From contig CM120642.1 of the NCBI GenBank assembly GCA_051362555.1, positions 5,208,001-5,272,000 on the forward strand: a stretch of DNA of 64,000 nt, read 5' to 3'. Positions 23,684 to 36,886 of the stretch are shown piece after piece; position 1 is the stretch's first letter, and every line of letters begins with the position of its first letter. The stretch is from Lingula anatina. Its lineage: Eukaryota; Animalia; Brachiopoda. Position numbers and translations under genes: made by a program. A model generated the notes under the pieces. The model had not been told where the DNA came from, ran no database searches, and saw nothing but the letters and a program-made list of their open reading frames with translations.

Positions 23684-25482
23684 GCCATCAACTTTATACA
23701 GGGAAGAGATGAAATTTTATACCAATATTGACAGACGTTCACGAGACCAGATTCATTTCAATCAACCGTTTAAACCCTTTTTTTTACTCTATTTAATGTA
23801 TTCTATAGGTTCTTACCCGTATATGTCATAGAAATTGTATTGAATGTGACAATAACTTCAATTGATCTTGGTGGCGTACATTGACTAATATTATTAAACA
23901 TTCTCAAAATCATTGAAAATAAGTGGCTCTAGTCTGCTTAATTCTGGACGTTTAAAGTTCCACTCATCATTATTATTTCACTTGTTGCTGCCTATTTTGG
24001 TGATACGGAATAAGAGATAGTCCACAGCGCGTGATATTAGATTAACAGTTATGCGATACGTGTAATATGTGACAATGGACAAGCTCCACGTACAAACTGC
24101 TGGTTGTGTTTATATGAATGCACCCATTTATTATTATTAGTAGTAGTAATTAGACGAATTTAACCTTTGTTTTAGTGCTATCAGTGCTGTCTATATCCAT
24201 CTAAAATCAACTGTCGTAGAGTACATACTATGATCTCCAATTAACTTTTATTTTTTGTTGTTAGGAAATTCACCTCAAAAGTCATATGCAGTAGAATAAA
24301 AGAACTTATTTATATAGAAAATGTGAGGAAAATACTGTCTTAGCTATAAATTAAATAATTGTGAAGAAAAGGCAAGTAAATGTAAGTTTAATACCTATCT
24401 TTTGTAATCCCCAAAATACAATGTCCGTAATTTATGTATATATATATATATATACTCGTAAGTCGAATGTATCGATAGCCGGCACAGTGCAATATGAATT
24501 ATGAGCACGCTGAAACTGGATTTTTTTAAAAACTTAATTATATATTTATGTATACGTATATAATGCAAGAACTCATACAAGAAGGCGAAGCAGCTGTGAT
24601 ATAATGTAATATAATATAATATAATGTGATATATAAATGCAGTATATAACTTATGTGTGACTGAAAGATATGTAAAACATTTTTAAGTTTTAGCCAAAGG
24701 AATTTATTTATTAACACCTCTAAAATGTGTCAAGATAGTGCACTAAATCGTTAAGAGAAACAAGTCATTTGTACACATACTACGTTTACATATAGTCGTT
24801 CTGATCATTTGAGTAGGATGTTTGTGAAATTTTCACCTATGTTATATTTTTGTTCGCTATGAAGATCTAAAATGCAAGAAAATTTTCGCTTACGTATATA
24901 TTGATGAAAAGCCAGTCGAATTTTTGTATGCTTGCTGAGCGAGAGTAGTGCGAGTTATTGTACTAAAGCCAAAGAGTTGATGATTTTAACCAGCACCGGC
25001 AACAATGCTGATTCAGTTGTTGTGTAATGTCTGATACATATTGATGATAAAGTACCGTGAAAATACTCATTTACAATAAAGCGATTGCAATCACTGTTCT
25101 GTTCCGAAAGCCATGAGGGAGCGGCCTGAGCGAAAGTTTTAGCCCCACCCACGCGCTCAGGATTAGTAATCAGATAACATTCCTTGCCATTGTAACGATA
25201 TCTGATAACACGCCGTGAAGAGATAACAGTTGCAGCCATGACGCCACTATTGGTGTGGTTAAAGACAAACAAAACGTGTGTTCCACGTGATACCGCGATT
25301 GTTGAAGACCTACGTTATTTCTGCAAAATCCTTAAATTCCTGCTAAGGTTCAAAAACGTAGATTGACAATTATTGTTTGCGTTGAATTTCTGAAAACCTG
25401 ACTTTCTGACTGCAAGAAAAGCGTAGATCTATCGTTTTGCTTTTCTAACGACAAATCACGTTGATTTTCTCCAAAATCATTA

Positions 25483-25530
25483 TGACGTAATAACAGTAAG
25501 TCTCTATGACGTCATACGTGCCTCAGCAAC
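25483..25530 (+). promoter_or_regulatory. CRE elements and an X-box-like site upstream of the orphan gene
   Basis: TGACGTAA (25483-25490), perfect CRE TGACGTCA (25507-25514), GTGCCTCAGCAAC (RFX X-box-like), 50-95 bp before the ATG at 25577. Confidence 0.45.
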
Positions 25531-25576
25531 CCCATTACCTCCTCAACTCCAAACATGTCGTGTGAACAACATCAGC

Positions 25577-27818
25577 ATGTACAATATATGTAGCTGTGTA
25601 AATCCGTCTTCCGTTCTTGAGCCAAACCAGACAAAAGCTGGTAGCAAGGTTTCGAGACGACGTTGCCGGACGCCGGGAGTTGGCTCCCCCAGCGGCACAG
25701 GTGGGATCTTTATCCGCGTGAAGGAATCACGCCCAGAGCCGCCTACGGTGCTTGGGCAACGTGAACAAAAGAACGCAGTATCTGGGGCTAAGGGATCTGG
25801 CTCTCAAAGGTATTTTAAAAATAATTTGCTGCATTTAAACGACAAAATAAAAAATGCTATTAGGTAATCCTGTAAAAAATAATTCGGGTCATCTTAATAA
25901 AACCGTTCTTCCTCTTCAAGTTGTTCAAATTGCAAAAATTGTGATACTTAAATGAATATATTTATCTCTTAAAAGAAAAAAAAGAACTACAGGGTAACTC
26001 CCTTCAACCCCCTGACCACGAATCGAATACATTGTTGTTGGTTTTGTAACGGAGTGCTCGTGAATGCGTTTCGGGAGGGGAAGTTCAAGTCAAGATCACA
26101 GAATTTAAATAGGGATGATACTGATAGTGAACATCTTACATCAGTGTATGCTTAAAAAAAAAGATGGAGCACATATTCAAAACCAGTTGCTAATTTCCTG
26201 AAAGTTGCAATAATGGCTTCTTTTATATGGAAGTTGAACCCCCCCCCCCCCCTCCCCAATGAACCCCAATGGTTCGGTGTCTCACTATTATTGAAATTTT
26301 GTGTGAAAAACACAGGGGATGAAATTATTTGCTGGACAATTTCCTTCTTAATTTCAGTAATGCAGAATCCAACACCAATCTTCTAGACTCTTGCAGCGAC
26401 GACTTAGTCGAAAAAATCAGTATTCTGCCAATACCTGAAGCACCATCTTCAGCTGACACCAATGGAGCCAGAAATCCTGACCGCCGGCAGGCGGCCAGTC
26501 AAAGCTTTGAAGGCTTACTGAACAATGCTGAAGCAGCATCTAATAGACACAAGCGCTGTTCCCAAGAGCGTTCTTGCAACAATCGTCCTAAAGCGGCTCA
26601 CCCAAGTCGACGTGTGCCAATCCAAGACCAGAATCTCGAAGTTTTGCGTAGGAAAGAGCTTCCCGCCGTCGTCTTCAGAAAACCAATGATTGATATTTCA
26701 GATATTACGAGAAATTATGACAGACACCCCAGGGCCGATGATATCGTGGATACTGTAAAACCACAAATGATACATCCGCCAGTTTGCGATTCGCGTAAAG
26801 CGAGTGAGACCCGTGTGTCAAGTGTTTTGCAAGGGCAATCTACACCAGAAAGGCCAGTGACCAAGGGCAGCTCAGACCTTGCCGTTCCGGTGTTAAACAG
26901 ACCCGTGGCAGCAGTTAAACCACAACTACGCGATTTGCATGCCCAGCCCTTCTCGACGAAAGCAGCAGGTTATTGTAGCAACACCCAACAAATTGCAAGA
27001 CGGAGACAGATTAACAATTTAGGGGTACCGTCCCCAATTTACAGACGGCCAAAGCAGGCAGGGGAGCAAGCTCAGCGTGCTTCTCAGGTTCTCTTCGAGA
27101 ATGGAGCCACCGCCTCCTCCAGTGTCTTAGACCTCACTGATACTCTGCGTACCCCCACAGTGCCACAGTATACTGAGTTAAACACTGTACTGAATGCAAC
27201 CTCAGGCACACCTCCCTACGCCTCCACCAAACTGCCTCGTGATTGTGTGTATGCGCCTGTTCCAGGAAGCCGTCGCCATAGCAGTGACAAGTCACTGTTC
27301 CTGTCATCCTTCAACCAGGTAGTGAGAGAGAACTCAGTGGAATCGAAACCGGAGAAGCTTCGAAAGCGCGGTCTTCGTTACGGGCCCTTGTCAAATCGAC
27401 GTGATCAAAATGAAACGTTTGGACCTGTAGAATTTAAGGAAAGCTCTGCAGAATCTCGCCTGGAAGCAAGGGATCCAGTTTCTGACGCAGGCATGGTAAA
27501 ATTCAATTTATCCGAGAATAATGAGTATCGGACTAAAAGAAACAGTACAGATAGCAGGTAAGTAACTTTGAATTTATTACGATATTATCATCAAAAAATT
27601 CACATTATTCTCTTTTTAAAAAGTTTTTTTTTGTTAAAATCACGGCGCATAAAAAATTCTACCATTTTAAATTCTTAACCACCAGTTACACAACATTAAT
27701 GATATTTTGTTCAATATAACACCAACATATATTTGTTGGTTTACACCGTCTTCTTTCAACATTTGATTCATGCACCTGATGCTCATTTTGACGACACAAT
27801 TTGCTATGTGTCTCTTTC

Positions 27819-27862
<44 letters not shown>

Positions 27863-28907
27863 GAATAATAATAATTATTATTATTATTGCAACTATATGT
27901 TGGATTGTACCCGCAATACAAGAGACCGTTAAAAGTAACTAAAATACATAACATTTTTTCCACTAAAACACAAAAGAAGAGTTCAATGATTAGAATATTA
28001 AATCAATCAACCTCTTGGAAATAATTCAATGCAACAAAGTTTATACATTAAAAAAGCTTCGAGTGCCCATGAGATAAAAGTTTTTACAGATTCTTAAAAA
28101 GAACTAATCCGATTATTTATGTACACAACAAGTGTGAATCGATGGTCAGGCGTTAAGTTTATATAAATATATAATGAAACGTAATTTTAGACCAAATGCC
28201 ATAACCAACCAGGATCCTGCGGCTTATCTGGGTCTACTACCATTACGATCACCAAGCCCTGTTGACGAGTCCTCCGACAGCGCTTCATCCACGAGACGCC
28301 CACTTTGGTAAGTTACTTAATTTTACTTATAATAATTTTTTTTTTTATTTTTGGCGAGACGAAACGAAAATTTTGGCGAGACAAATTCTGCTAAATTCTA
28401 TCTCCCCTTCCCAACACTCCTCGCTTCATAAACAAGTGCTTGTAATCAGTAGCATCCAGAACATTTAAAGAATGACAGAAGAGCAAAGTGTGCAGTGTGC
28501 TGTATCTTCGTTAGTTGCATTTGTTCAATGCAAGAAAAACTACATGTACATCTTTTTGCTTCTTTCAAAAACGTTCTCCATTGTTAAATTGATTTCAGTC
28601 AAGCTATATGTTTATTATTTTAATAACTTAAAAGTGCAAGGGTGAAACTTAAAACATTCGTATCTTTCAAGAGCAGCAATCTTTTTTAAGGTTACGAAAC
28701 CGAAAACGAACAGATATGAATGACAATATGAACTCCACATTGCCAATCTCCCCGCAACATAACGAACATCTTAGTCTGGCTCCATACCTACCGAAGTACA
28801 GAACGGAGCAGAAAAACGAAAGTAATGGGTCGCGTGATATGATGCGAGTCCAATCAAATGCAGCTTCTCAAGGTGCCAGACCAAAAGACAGCTACCAAAA
28901 TTTTTGA
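25577..28907 (+). CDS. Orphan Ser/Pro/Arg-rich, probably disordered protein (~588 aa)
   Basis: Exons 25577-25809, 26358-27557, 28191-28307, 28691-28907; three phase-2 GT-AG introns, 1767 nt continuous frame; no recognisable domain. Confidence 0.75.
27820..27888. repeat. (AAT)n/(ATT)n microsatellite
   Basis: Direct trinucleotide run in an intron. Confidence 0.9.
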
Positions 28908-29431
28908 GTCTTAGATTTTTTAAAATCCCATAATGCACTGTTGCCTTATATATTAGATAACAAGAAAAAAATTTAAAAAGCACAGAGACCAATTTTTGTT
29001 AATGGCAAAGAAAGTAAAAATAATATGTTTAGTATTCAAATATCTTGTTTTGAAAAAGAAAGTGGAAAATGTCATTAAACAACCAACTAATAAAATTTGC
29101 TGAGTCAGATTTATTTTTTATTTGTTCAGGGTGAAAGAATATTGAGAAAAATTGCAGCTCGTCATTAAGATATCGCTTTTACGTCAATCGACCAATAATG
29201 TCTTATTGATAAAAAAAGACCTCTCTCGTAATGAATCCATTAACTATTTATGATTTTTTGGATGGGAGTATTTGTACTACACATTGTGATATATACAATA
29301 TATTTCTTCAGTGCATTTTAAATTTTACACAATCAAAACAGAGATTTTCATGTCTTAGAAGAGATGTTATGCAGTAAATGCTAAAAAACAAACGTGGCGT
29401 GTTTTACCATGAGGCAAAAAAGGCAAGGATA

Positions 29432-29715
29432 CCCGCACAAAAATGAAGTAGATACTCCAGCGCAGTAGACTACTGCAATCATACTGCAAACATGCTTCAA
29501 ATCTGCTTCGATGTGGGAGCTAATTAGTATATTTGAAACATGCTTCTATCATGCTGCTAATCTACTGCATTAATGCTCCTCCTCTGTACAACCCTACGTA
29601 ATTTTTGAAGTAGAATTGCAGTAGGCTATACTGCATTTCTACTGCAAATATGCTCCACACCTCTACTGCGTTAATGCTTCTTTGCTACTTTGATACTACT
29701 GCATTTTCGTGCGGG
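29432..29715. mobile_element. 284-bp MITE with CCC termini and TA target duplication
   Basis: CCCGCACAAAAATGAAGTAG at the left vs CTACTGCATTTTCGTGCGGG at the right (18/20); TA on both flanks (29430-31, 29716-17); internal TACTGCA/TGCAGTA repeats. Confidence 0.85.
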
Positions 29716-30255
29716 TATTATCCAATATTGAACTTGCAATTGTTTAACCATTATAATAACGAACATCTAATTTTTTTAGCTTAAAATCCTCAAAATGATG
29801 AGAAATGGACAACTTAGCATGTACTAATACATATAATTCTATCTACAGCAGAGTTTGTAAAACAGTCAGTATTTGGATTGTGCAACTCACTCCACTAGTA
29901 TTTACGAGATAGATATAGTTACTCAATTAAGTAAATTAGGAACGAAGTGCGTCATCACCTGTATTCCCATTCGCCTTCTTTCTTATCCACACGTAATCTC
30001 ACAATCACAAGAGTGGTTCTTATATCACTGGGAGTAACGACGAATCAACGTCGCGTTTGCTGTTAACATGCAGGTGAGAAATATAACCTGTCAATATCTT
30101 GCAGTAATTATCTATTACATAGCGAAAAGGAAGCATAAGATTTTGCCGGTACAAATTATCGTTATTAGTTCCGTTTTCGTGTCCTGTTCGTATGCAGATA
30201 CCGCCCTTGATGAACGCGTTGTTAAATGCACTTGGCTGAGCCCGGCCACGGTGTC

Positions 30256-30262
30256 TATAAAA
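30256..30262 (+). promoter_or_regulatory. TATA box
   Basis: TATAAAA 73 bp upstream of ATG 30335; supports this ATG over the ORF-track start at 30068. Confidence 0.5.
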
Positions 30263-30334
30263 ACCCTCCCAAGTCACGGCAAAGACAGATTTCTGATACT
30301 TTCCCAACGAATACAGATATCAATTTCTCAAGCA

Positions 30335-32818
30335 ATGGCTATCTGTAAACCGCTGGGGCCGAAAAGTCTTTTAAAGTTATGTTTTTCTGTGGCAATGGCC
30401 TTGAATGCAGTGCATCTTACCGTGTCCTACATTCCGTCAATACCACGAAAACCCTTCGGCCTGAAGATATCCGAACCAGGTGAATGCACGGCAGGTCAGA
30501 ACGTTTTTCTGGTGCTTCGAGAGGTATCAAGAAGGGCAGAACAGGTCTCTCTGTACGATGGGCGAAGATACGAAAAAATAAATCCAACCCTTAGGAATCC
30601 AAGAGGCAGGCGCAGGGGCCAGGATCTTAAAATTAGAGAAAGGCGAGCTATTGCTTCTCGAGGCATAAATCCGTCCGGCGACTCTGGAACAAACAGGAGG
30701 CCAGCTGCCCTATCTAATCTTGCTACAACATCCATGCCAACTTCAGCTCATCCTGATTTGTCGCGCTTTTTCCGTGTGTATCCAGAACAAGAATGGTTCT
30801 GTACCAATCCGATAAAACGGATTTATAACCAACTCCAGGTCAACATTACCTGTTTCTGTGACGTTTATTGTACGCTCTTTAACGACTGTTGTATACATAA
30901 AGATAACTGTCCCAGTGTTGGACAAAACGATCCAGATGAAACCTTACCAAATCTGACCAAAGATGGCGTTACTTGTCGTCGGCAGTCTGCACTAGAGGTG
31001 AAAGGGAGCAAAAGCTTTTGGATGGTTTCAGGTTGTCCGGATAGTTGGCCTATTGATTCCACACGGGCCAAATGTGAAAATAAGAACTATACCCTGATCG
31101 ACGAAGTAATGGTTCCCACTTTTGAATCAACCAGAAACATCACATTCATGAACAAATACTGTGCCATCTGCAATGAGGCCACTGAATACAGTTTTTGGGG
31201 CGTCCGTCTCACTTGCGTCGGAAACACAAAAGAAACATTTGCGAACATCACCACACTGGGAGACTTCCTGGCACTGCAACGGCCTTACCATGAATGCAAC
31301 TACTGGTTCTTGCCACATGATCAGCCTCACCCTCGGCCGTGTACCGCGGGACCGGGAAACCCCCATCAGGTAGCAACGATTTGGTTTGACGAACGTTCCT
31401 GCAACCGATCTGCCCACAAGACACAAGAGCTCCTGGACCTTTGTTTGTCCAGTCCGGCTGCCTTGTTCCAGACCAGTGGTGCGAGCAGAGAGATGTATGG
31501 TAAAAACATGTACTGTGCTGCCTGCGCCTTTGCCGAAATCAGAATTGAGGAATGCAAAGATGACATCGACAGTAAGTAATGAAATTGTGAAAGAATTACT
31601 TAGCATATATATCTTAGCATTTGTATTTTCTCGAGTACTATCGGAAGCAATAACCGAAATAACATGAAAAGCCAAATTAAATATGTGGATTGAAGCTGAT
31701 TTTATTTATGTCAATACAAAATGAGATTTACATGTATAATGATTTTTATTTGAACTAAGTGGCGATGAAAACAAAATGATAATCCGAAATGATTGATTAT
31801 TGTACTGAACTGTAACGTGACCAAAATATAGTGTTAATAAGGTATGCATGTTGTTTAGTTAAATTTCTGGGGTTGCAGAGAGACTAAAGGCCCTGTCACA
31901 TCTAACGTGAAAGAAATACACGACTATCGTGTGTGACATGGATTATACGCACAACTTTGTGCCTACGAAATCGCCCTTTTTTCAGCATGTGAGAAAGAAC
32001 GAAGGTAAAAATAGCTTGTTTGAAAGCATATTTACACCGTATAACTTGCGTTTGAATATCGCATGAGTAGTTAAGGTGTGTAATCGTAAGTGTAACCGTA
32101 TATCAACGTACGAGTAACGCGTGCGTACCGTTTATCAGCGTTTAAGTAGCGTACACCCAAACCCGACATACATGTAGAGGTGCATTCCACACGCTGAAGT
32201 ATCATAAAATGATGATGCGTTTGTCCATACGGTAATCATACGTCAGCTAAACAGAAATGCGTTCGCCGTACACATGCAAACAAACGTCAAGCATACTTTT
32301 ACGCACGTTAATTAATCGTTAGGCACAACTTCTTTTACCTTACTAGCTCGTCAGTATTACGTTGCATGTTTGTTAACCATACAAGTTATTAAACCACAGC
32401 ATAAGAAGCGTAGTCGTTACGTATGTTTAGCTTCAGTCTAGCTTATGCGTCCTAGGCCTGGTATATCCCTAAAGCATTAAACGAGAGTAGCTGAAAAAGG
32501 AGAACATTTTGTCGTCACTTTCGTGATTTCTGTGTATTTACCATTTAATTGTCTCACAAACTGTGCTTTAAACAGTTTCACATTATAACATGTAATAAGT
32601 GACGGCCTCCTTGAACAACATTGACTGTATACAAATGAACATGAACTTCGGAAACACCCTTTATCTTGCAGCTCGGCTCAATGATAGAGAATTCGATGGC
32701 GCCGGGTTCTCCGCCCTCCTGACTGGCGTAGAAACAGTCGTGAGTATTCTTCTTCTTACCCCTGTTTACACCGTTCTGCTAATTGTCAGTAAAGTTTTAC
32801 AATCCATATATGTAATAA

Positions 32819-32851
<33 letters not shown>

Positions 32852-33033
32852 ATGTATGTGTGTGTGTATATGTGTACATGTATGTGTGTGTATGTGTGTA
32901 CATGTATGTGTGTGTACATGTATGTGTGTGTATATGTGTACATGTATGTGTGTGTGTATGTATGTACATGTATGTGTGTGTGTATGTGTGTGTGTGTGTG
33001 TACATGTATGTGTGTGTGTGTGTGTGTGTGTGG

Positions 33034-33071
<38 letters not shown>

Positions 33072-33894
33072 GGTCAATCAAAACTCTTTTCTTAGTCACA
33101 CAACCGATGCAAAACTCACCAAACAATTTCTTGTACATGTTACTATTTGAAAATCACCTCACTGAGTAGAATCCGTTAAATACGTTTACGGTAATAAATC
33201 TAAAAGAAGCCAATGTGTATTGCAGATCTGATTCCGTTATTAAACTAAAACAATTTTTATTCAGGGAATGGATTCCGGCAAGGGGCTGGAAGCCCCTTTG
33301 CCTTTCTTAACAAAGATTGAAAACGCCAAGTTTTCCGTCTCCATACGTATCTTGTACAAGAAACCAGGAGAAAACGTTACCTTGGACAAATTATCGATAC
33401 TGGACATTTTTTATGAATACCTGGACGACGACCTTGTTGAGTCGTTAAGTAACGGATCGTGGTCTTTGAACAATAAGGCAAAAACTCACGAGATCCAAGG
33501 ACATGAAATAGGCGGATGTGTGGCGGATTGGGAGCGCGAATGCGCCGAGCTTGTCCAAGACTGCCCACACGACCGTAATTTAATCGGTTTTGATGTTAGG
33601 TTACGGATAATTCAGGCAAAGGTTGTTGATCAATATAGCTCCCTGTTGCAGATGTTCCAGTCGTTCCAAGTGGCACTGGCCAATAAAATAAAAGCGGCCG
33701 CCCCCTTTAATATCTCAGAAAACGTACACTTTAGTGCCAGGGTGGTCCTTCCATGCAATGGTCTGTCGTCCACCCCTCCAGGCGAGGTGACTCCCCCTCC
33801 AGGCGGTGTGCGTTCCCTTTGTGCATGTACGAGATGTGGCAGCGTTGTTTTCAATACTGCAGCAATCATCGCAATTACATGCATTTTTCTCTAA
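30335..33894 (+). CDS. Cys-rich SMB-like ectodomain protein related to N-termini of invertebrate Methuselah-like/adhesion GPCRs; no 7TM, probable GPI anchor (~644 aa)
   Basis: Exons 30335-31571, 32672-32739, 33265-33894 (1935 nt in frame). Signal-like N-terminus; polybasic RGRRR/RERR; CFCDVYCTLFNDCC (SMB-like), MVSGCP, ITFMNKYCAICN, KNMYCAAC, FSALL; Pro/Gly linker, then terminal hydrophobic VVFNTAAIIAITCIFL*. Confidence 0.75.
31888..32460. mobile_element. Probable decayed PIF/Harbinger-type MITE remnant
   Basis: Begins GGCCCTGTCACA (Harbinger-like end); interior unusually rich in TACG/CGTA/ACGC; no convincing right TIR found. Confidence 0.3.
32821..33069. repeat. (GT)n-based ~250-bp alternating purine/pyrimidine tract with 7 TACATGTA units
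   Basis: Directly visible; TACATGTA at ~32849, 32875, 32899, 32915, 32939, 32965, 33001. Confidence 0.95.
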
Positions 33895-34679
33895 ACATGC
33901 ACTGATAATGATTTTCTGTCAGAGACAATGGTGAACCGTATATACATAATCAATGTAGTCAGTATCGCTTGGTCACCTTTAAAAGATACACAGAGCTGAC
34001 ATTAAAATTAGTATTGCCACGTGTTGCGGAAGGTCGCCGGAAGGTCCATTTCGGACGGCTTGGGACAGCGAATGCAAATTCAAAGACCAGCTGTTCTGTT
34101 TCAAAATGGGTGATTTGCCAACCTTGGAGGAAAATGTTGTTCCTCATTGCCCAGAAAAAAAAAAATAAATAAATAAAATAAAGAGTGATATTCATTGTTT
34201 TTTTTTCTTCAACAATAAATTGTTTATTGGTTTCGATCTCTAAAATGAATTTAATGTTTAGGATAATTTCGTCAGAAGTTTTTTTTATTGGTTTTTAAAT
34301 TTGCAAAGGAACAAATAAACAACAAAGGAAGTAATAAACAACAACGTCGAAAAACTTGATTAATGGGATATAAACTTTGTCAGCAGAAAATAATTAGTTT
34401 GGTGATTATTTCATTTATTTATTTTTCCTTTTTTTTTGTATTTTTCATCCTTTTTGTCTATTTTTTATTTGTATCCTTTTATTACATTATATATTTCATG
34501 TATTTAATATATATTTCATTGTCAATTTTTGCAGTTATGCTATCTGAGTTACCTAGTAAAGAGAATTAGATTCAGTGTCACAAATGAGGCCGAATAACGT
34601 CACATTTTCCTCGTACTAGTAGCTCATTCAATTTTGATTACCTCACAAGAGTGTTATTATTCTAATACTACATGCAGCA

Positions 34680-35107
34680 AAACACTCAGAGCGCAGACAA
34701 CCTCCAAATCACCTCAATCAAAAGGCCACGCTGTTACTGATTGTGCTAGTTGTCCGAATGCAGAGGGCGGAAGTGGTATTATAGATTGATTAATATGCAC
34801 CAGTCGAGATGAGTTGGGTATATTGCAGACTTCGAAATGCATTTCAACCATGAAAAGCGGGAGTGGCGGAACCAATAGGGCATGCGGACGGCTAGAGATA
34901 CATGTGCAGTGATAAACTCAACTGAACCTCTACAGCGTTTTAAAAAGGGAGGATGATGGTCCGGGTAACACCCAAAATCTAATCACATTTAAGATTTTGC
35001 TATCCTTAGAATTTCATTAAAATTCGAATAATTGAAATGAAAATAACTGATGACAAGCAAACAAACAAAGGGGTGTGAAAACATGGCCTCCTCCTTTTGC
35101 GGAAGTA
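34680..35107 (-). mobile_element. Decayed non-autonomous Helentron (HINE)-like element
   Basis: Left end CACTCAGAGCGCAGACAACCTCC (hairpin plus subTIR remnant); right end ACAAGCAAACAAACAAA microsatellite then GAAAACATGGCCTCC..GCGGAAGTA (subTIR/IR remnant), the usual HINE layout in reverse orientation. Confidence 0.5.
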
Positions 35108-36345
35108 CAGAGCCAAGAAGCAAATTGAGACCCAACAGCGCACCGTCGTCGGCTCAACAGTGAACTGAAATTAACCTACTCTCCTCCAGATCTCTACATG
35201 TAGGTTTCGTTACACAGGCTGATATGGGTTAAAATTGCTTGTCTTTAAACTGATGCACCGCGTTGATTTCCTCCACTTGTTGATCACCGCAATTTGCAAG
35301 GTCGTAGTTACTTTACAGTTCCTAAAATTTGATGTGATCAGTTTTCTTTTCACGTATTAAAAAATGAAGTTATCGAACAACGATCACGATCAACTGGGTC
35401 AAGAAAAGAATGGTAAAAAGGTAATTGCTGAAGGCAGAGTACTTCTTCAGGTTTTACCGTGTGGTATATACAATGTATATTTTGGTTTTGCATTTCAAGC
35501 AAAAAATATCAAGACAGTAATAAAACTTACATGTGATACATTTTGGTTTTTTATTTTTTTTTTTAATTTTTAATTTTTTTAAGTAGCGTGTATGCCAATC
35601 CAATCGCCAATCGTGCCAAAATTGAGTCAGTCAAATTCTATACAGTCTGTGGGACCCAAGGCGTAGATAAGGTACCCAGCAAAATCAATACATTTCTAGT
35701 TACTATCTGTCAAGTAAAAACATACACAATTTATGCAATGTATAATGTTTTTGAATGAATAACTTTGATATCATTATCCTGCGCGTTTGTAAATTTCTTT
35801 TCCTGTGTTGTGCATAAATCTGCTCATCACCAAACATGATACATCATTAGGTATGTGTCGTATTTCCTGACATTTAAACCACCAGTCGAATGCAAACGTA
35901 AGTTCATGTATCTTCACCAACCAAGCAATTACATAGATGTATATGTTTCAGCATAACGCGGTATCTTAAATAAGACATTTACAGTGGTGGGCTCTTGGGG
36001 TCGCACAACAGACACCCCCAAGATATAAATACATTAATGAAACGAGACCAAACCAAGCCTTTTAACCACATACTATAGTATAATCCCGGGCAACTGTTTT
36101 ATAGATTCAAAAATACCAAGTGAATTGAAGCAATTTTTGTGCCTTTCCTTAAGCAAAATCCTCGACCAAGCAGTGTAATTATCTTTATTGACGTCAAGTT
36201 AAGACACAAGAAAGTCCTGTGTTGATATTTTTTCCTGTAAAGCCGACCGTTTTAAGCCATGCGTAGTTCTATTTACAGGTGTGTGATGCTGGCACAAGTA
36301 TGCGTTTTGTAAAACGATGAAAACACACTTGTCCCCTGTTTTCTG

Positions 36346-36690
36346 TTATACATAGAACTCTTTCATACAGGGAATGAACGCGAAAGCATGCCGCTCATTT
36401 CTGACGCACTTCAACTCGTCATCCCTGCAGGCATCCCGGAATATCTTCATAATACTAACAAAGGCGATAACCAACGGCAGTCCGCACAACATCACAAAGG
36501 ACCAAGTGGCAATCCAGATTAGCACGTTCATGTGGTATTTCACTCCGAAGAATATCAATATTATCCCAACAGCAAATGTTCCCCAAGCAATGACCATTAC
36601 GGCCCAAAAAGCCAGGTCTTTCAATTCCATCTGCATGAAGAGAATCTTGGGGTGCTCCTCCATCGCTTCCTCGCCTTCCTCGGAATCCAT
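36346..36690 (-). CDS. Small orphan membrane protein with two predicted TM helices (114 aa)
   Basis: ATG in AAAATGG context; acidic N-terminus; hydrophobic LAFWAVMVIAWGTFAVGIILIFFGV and VLIWIATWSFVMLCGLPLVIAFVSIM; coding-like GC relative to flanks; possible upstream non-coding exon (donor ~37146-37150). Confidence 0.6.
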   Translation of the reverse strand: MDSEEGEEAMEEHPKILFMQMELKDLAFWAVMVIAWGTFAVGIILIFFGVKYHMNVLIWIATWSFVMLCGLPLVIAFVSIMKIFRDACRDDELKCVRNERHAFAFIPCMKEFYV

Positions 36691-36886
36691 TTTTGAAATC
36701 TTTGACGCTTTATGAATTGTCTTAACTGGTTAATATCTCGAAAGGAGAAATAACTCTGACCCTATGAACAAAATTCCGCCTGAGATAAAACGCTCGGCGT
36801 GGGACAAGAGGCTCCTAACTTTTAATTTGCTCTAAGACGCCCTACCGCCCTATGCCTTGCGCTCCGTATGTCTTGTTTTGGTATCC

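Noticed and set aside
30068-30334. N-terminal 89 codons of the 503-aa ORF
   Set aside because: A TATA box at 30256 and a signal-peptide-like sequence from ATG 30335 indicate this part is promoter/5'UTR.
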